NCBI GenBank assembly: GCA_965240325.2
Contig: OZ251248.1
Location: 62,001-126,000, forward strand
DNA from: Rebecca billardiae RCC1528
Taxonomy: Eukaryota; Protista; Haptophyta
Direction of reading: 5' to 3'
Length of the DNA: 64,000 nt
How positions within the stretch are numbered: the stretch's first letter is position 1; each line of letters starts with the position of its first letter. The notes under the pieces were generated by a model. That model was not told where the DNA came from. It worked only from the letters and a program-made list of their open reading frames with translations, and made no database searches. Positions 60,644 to 64,000 of this stretch are shown one piece after another. The translations under genes were made by a program, and so were the position numbers.

Positions 60644-61444
60644 CTCATCGATCAACAGCTCGAGGGCGGAGGCGGTGGCGCACAGCGCGTCCAGGAGAGG
60701 CGTCGACGCGGCGGCGGCGTCGTGCACGCGCGCGAGCGCGTCGTCGCGCGCCGCCTCGCCGCGCGCGCCCGCGCCCGCGTCCGCGCCGCCGCCAACGCCC
60801 ACGCCAACGCCCACGCCGCTGCCGCGCGCGCCGGCATAGCGGCCACCCCACGGCGAGGGCGCGCGCGCGGCCGGCGAGCGACCGGCGGAGGGGGTGGCGG
60901 TGGCGGGGCTGCGGAGCGCGAGGCTGGCGGCGCGCGACGAGGTGGCGGCGAGCGCGCGCGCGCTCGCGCCCGCCGCCGCGGCCGTCGCGCCCTGCGCCCG
61001 CGCCGTCGCGCTCGCGCCGGACGCGGCGGCGGTGCCTCCTCCAACCGCAGCCGGCGGCAGCGGCGCGTGCGCGCCCGGCGACGCGCGCGCGGGCGAGCCG
61101 CGCCCCCCCTCGGCCGCCGCCGCCGCGCCGTCCGCATCGCGCGCGACGTCGCGCATCCCCCCGCCCTCCGCCTCCGCCTCCGCCGCGCCCGTCGTCGCGA
61201 GCAGCTGCGCGACGAGCGAGCGCGAGCGCGCGTCACTCAGAGGCGCCACGTCTGCGCCGCCGCCGTGCGCGGCGGCGAGGAGGGCGGAGAGCTGCTGCTG
61301 CAGCGCGCGGTCGTGCGGGCGCTCGCGCACGAGGCGGCGCAGCAGCGCCAGCGTCTTGGCGCGCGAGCGGTGCGGCGTGCCCGCGCCGTCGTACCCGCCG
61401 GCCGCGGGCGAGGGCGCGCCCATCGTGGACGGCGCCAAGTGCAT
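57777..61444 (-). CDS. Hypothetical Ala/Gly-rich protein with coiled-coil segments. Inferred exons 61444-59911, 59796-59738, 59525-57777
   Basis: Helical islands (KTLALLRRLVRERPHDRALQQQL, LLLQAAIAEAEAETAALR, LRLAEQAEEIVVLRRML). GT-AG introns 59797-59910 and 59526-59737 keep the frame. No family was recognised. Confidence 0.55.
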
Positions 61445-62232
61445 CGCGGAGCAGTGAGCACGGGAGGGAGCAGCAGCAGCTTTGAACTTCCAGCGGAACA
61501 GCTCCGGCAGAGTCCGGAGGCTGCCCAGGCACCACAGGTGCACCACGACTCTCGGCAGGCATCGCGCGGTGTCCGTGATGACGCCCGCCTAGCCGACGAT
61601 GCTCAGTGATTGACGCGATGCGATGACGATGATATGGCCGCCGGCTCAGCCCGGCCCGAGTCTGACTCTGACAAGGATGTCACACTCACAGCCGGCTGGC
61701 TGACCGCCCGGGCGGCCGGCGCCGGGGCCGCGGAGTGAGGGCGCGCCGCCCGCCGAGGTCAGTGCCATGGCCCGGCACGAGTGGGATGCGCGCCGCTCCG
61801 TGCGATCGCGAATATAAGTCTCGCTCCGCCGATCGATCGACTGGCGTCCATGGCTCTGAGCTGAGGCCCTGAGCAGCCCTGAGCCGCCCTGAGCCCTCGG
61901 CCGCCCCGGTTCCGACGCCGCCACTCATTGGCCTCGCCGCGGCACTGCCGCCGACTGCCGGCGCCGGCGGAGCGGCTGAGAAGCGCCCCGCAAGCGGCGG
62001 CGCCCTCGGTCGTCCTGAGCAGGGCAGCGCCCGCCGCCCTCGCAGGCTCGTCAATAATATATTAATAATATATATATAATGATACGACGATCTGCTTATA
62101 GTCCGCTCAGTGCCCGCGTCGGCCGCCTGTGTGTACTGCTGGCTGCTGCTTGCTGGCTTCTCGAGACTCCTGCCATCCGACTCAGCACACGTACTCACAT
62201 TGCAGCGGCTCAGCCCGCTCCGAGTGTCTGAC

Positions 62233-63931
62233 TCAGTGCCCGTCGGCCGCCTGTGTGTACTGCTGCTTGCTCTTCTCGACCCAGCACACGTACTTGGCGA
62301 CCTGCGTCGGGTTGAGGATGGTGCGCAGCCCGTTGAGCACGACATGCTGGTTCTGCAGGTGCTCTTCCACCTGCCAGCCACGTCAAGGGGTGGGTAGGGT
62401 AGGGTTGGCGGCGGCGGTTAGGGTTTGAGGCATGCGTGGTGTGGCGTGCGGGAAAGCGTCGGCTCGACGGCACACGGCAGCCGAGCGCGCGGCCCGACCA
62501 ACCCAACCAACCCTACCCCCTGCCCTACCTTTGCGCGCAGCTCCTCGACCAGCTTGGCGCACGTGACGAGGATCTCGCGGTCGCCGTGCACGTGCGCGCG
62601 GTGCTGCGCGAGCGCCTCGAGCTGCGGCGGCGAGAGGCTGAGCTCGGCCGCGATCACGTCGAGCATGTGAGAGCCCACGGACGGGCGGCGCACGCGCGCG
62701 GAGGAGGAGTCGGTGGCGTCGGCGGCGGCGGCGGCTGCGGGCTGCTGCGCCTCTGGCGCCGCGCCGCCGCCGGCCGCTGCCGCCGCCGCCGCCGCGTCGG
62801 AGCCGTCCGCGCCGCCGTTCGCAGCAGCGCCCGCGTCCGCCGCGGCCGGCGCGGCCGGCGGCTCCGTCACCTGCGGCCAGCCGGGGGCGGAAACCGCAAA
62901 AGGAGAACAAATGCAAAAATGCCGAGCGGGCGGGGAGCGCGGAAGGGCGGCGCGCGCGCGGGCGGGAGAGAAGTCGGGTGAGAGCGCGCGCGCGGCGCGG
63001 CAGCCAGCCGCGCCCTGCCGCGCGGCAGGCCAGACGCGGAGCCCGCCGCACTGGCCCCCGCGCGCTCGGCCCGCGCCCCGCCCGGTTGGGTCGCGCACGG
63101 GGAACGGCGGCATGCAGGCGCGCGAGTGACGCGGCCGAGGGCGGGGCCGCGCGCTCGGCCGTGCGAGATGCGCGCGCTGCGCCGAGTGCGCGGCAGCCCT
63201 TCCGCCCCGCAGCAGCTCGCACTCCCTCCCGCCCCACGACCCGCCTCCCCGCTGGCCCGATGCCCCCGATGCCCCCGAGGCCCCTTGCGTGTGCGTGTGC
63301 GTGTGCGTGTGCGTGTGCGTGTGCGTGTGCACTGCACGCCGTGGCATGCAACGGGGTAAGGCGTGCGCGCGCGCGGGTGTGTGTGCTCGTGCGTACCCTA
63401 CCCCTAACCCTACCCCCTAACCCTACCCCCTACCCCGACCCCTAGGTGCGTGCGCGTACCCCTTTGGAGAAGGCGAGTGTGACGAGCGCGGACGGCTCGA
63501 GGATCTCCTCGATGATGTCGAGGTAGCCCAGCATCACCGTCTCGCGCTGCCGCTTCGAGCCCACGTACCTACGCGCGCGAGGGGCGGGGGCGGAGGGGGC
63601 GGGCGGGGGGCCGGTCGGTCGCTCCGGCTCAGCCGAGGCTGGCGGCGCGGCGGCGCGGCGGATGCAGCGCATGTGCGCACGGGCACGCGCGCGCGCACTT
63701 CTCGATCAGCGCGTTCGTCTCGGGCTGCAGCTGCTCCACCGAGCGGCGGCGCAACAGCGTCTCCATCGCGGACAGCTGCGACGCACGCTCCGACTCAGAG
63801 GTGGGCGGCGCGGCCTCGGCCGCGGGGAGCGTGGGCGCGGCGGCGGCGCCGGAGCCGGCGAGCGCGCGCTTGTGCGCGAGCTTCGCCTTCGCCGCGTCGA
63901 TGCGCGCCTGCGCCCGCGCCGCGCGGGCCAT
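62233..63931 (-). CDS. 3' part of a DOG1-like-domain protein (probable bZIP-type transcription factor). Exons ..63699, 63568-63460, 62870-62529, 62370-62233; the 5' end probably lies beyond the window
   Basis: The spliced product ends ELSLSPPQLEAL...LRTILNPTQVAKYVCWVEK...GH*, resembling the ILTPxQxAK..WV signature downstream of algal bZIP domains. Introns 63569-63698, 62871-63459 and 62371-62528 are GT-AG and keep the frame. Confidence 0.65.
63396..63445. repeat. Degenerate telomere-like (CCCTAA/CCCTAC) tract inside an intron
   Basis: Reiterated CCCTA(A/C) units near the 5' end of intron 62871-63459 (minus-strand gene). Confidence 0.8.
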
Positions 63932-64000
63932 CGCCGGCGTGTGCCGCGCGCGCCGCCGCGGTCGGCCGAGGCAGGCGGCGCGCGGCGCGCGCCGGCGCGC

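Overview
Extremely GC-rich eukaryotic nuclear DNA with short GT-AG introns (donors mostly GTGCGC, acceptors mostly GCGCAG) and Ala/Gly-saturated proteins. The style suggests an alga, most likely a haptophyte (Pavlovales-like); this is an inference. Most ORFs in the six-frame track are GC shadow frames. Genes reconstructed by hand: (1) the 3' part of an ATM/Tel1-like PIKK whose catalytic residues are substituted; (2) a probable RCC1-repeat relic; (3) a giant 6-exon axonemal dynein heavy chain (~10,640 aa, one 23.6-kb exon) with a degenerate AAA1 ATPase site, a recognisable microtubule-binding domain and a canonical EF-hand; (4) a phosphomannomutase-like HAD enzyme with an N-terminal hydrophobic anchor; (5) a pepsin-like aspartic protease; (6) a homeodomain protein; (7) a 4-TM tetraspanin-like protein; (8) a hybrid histidine kinase; (9) an unknown low-complexity protein; (10) the 3' part of a DOG1-like/bZIP-type gene. 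Two mobile elements are present. One is a 2.1-kb element with TOC1-like split direct repeats (A-internal-B-A-spacer-B, no TSD) that carries six tandem hairpins with a compensatory base change. The other is a TA-flanked, GATC-saturated MITE. The best candidates for something new are the giant motor-dead EF-hand dynein, the split-repeat element with its hairpin array, and the ATM-like pseudokinase.
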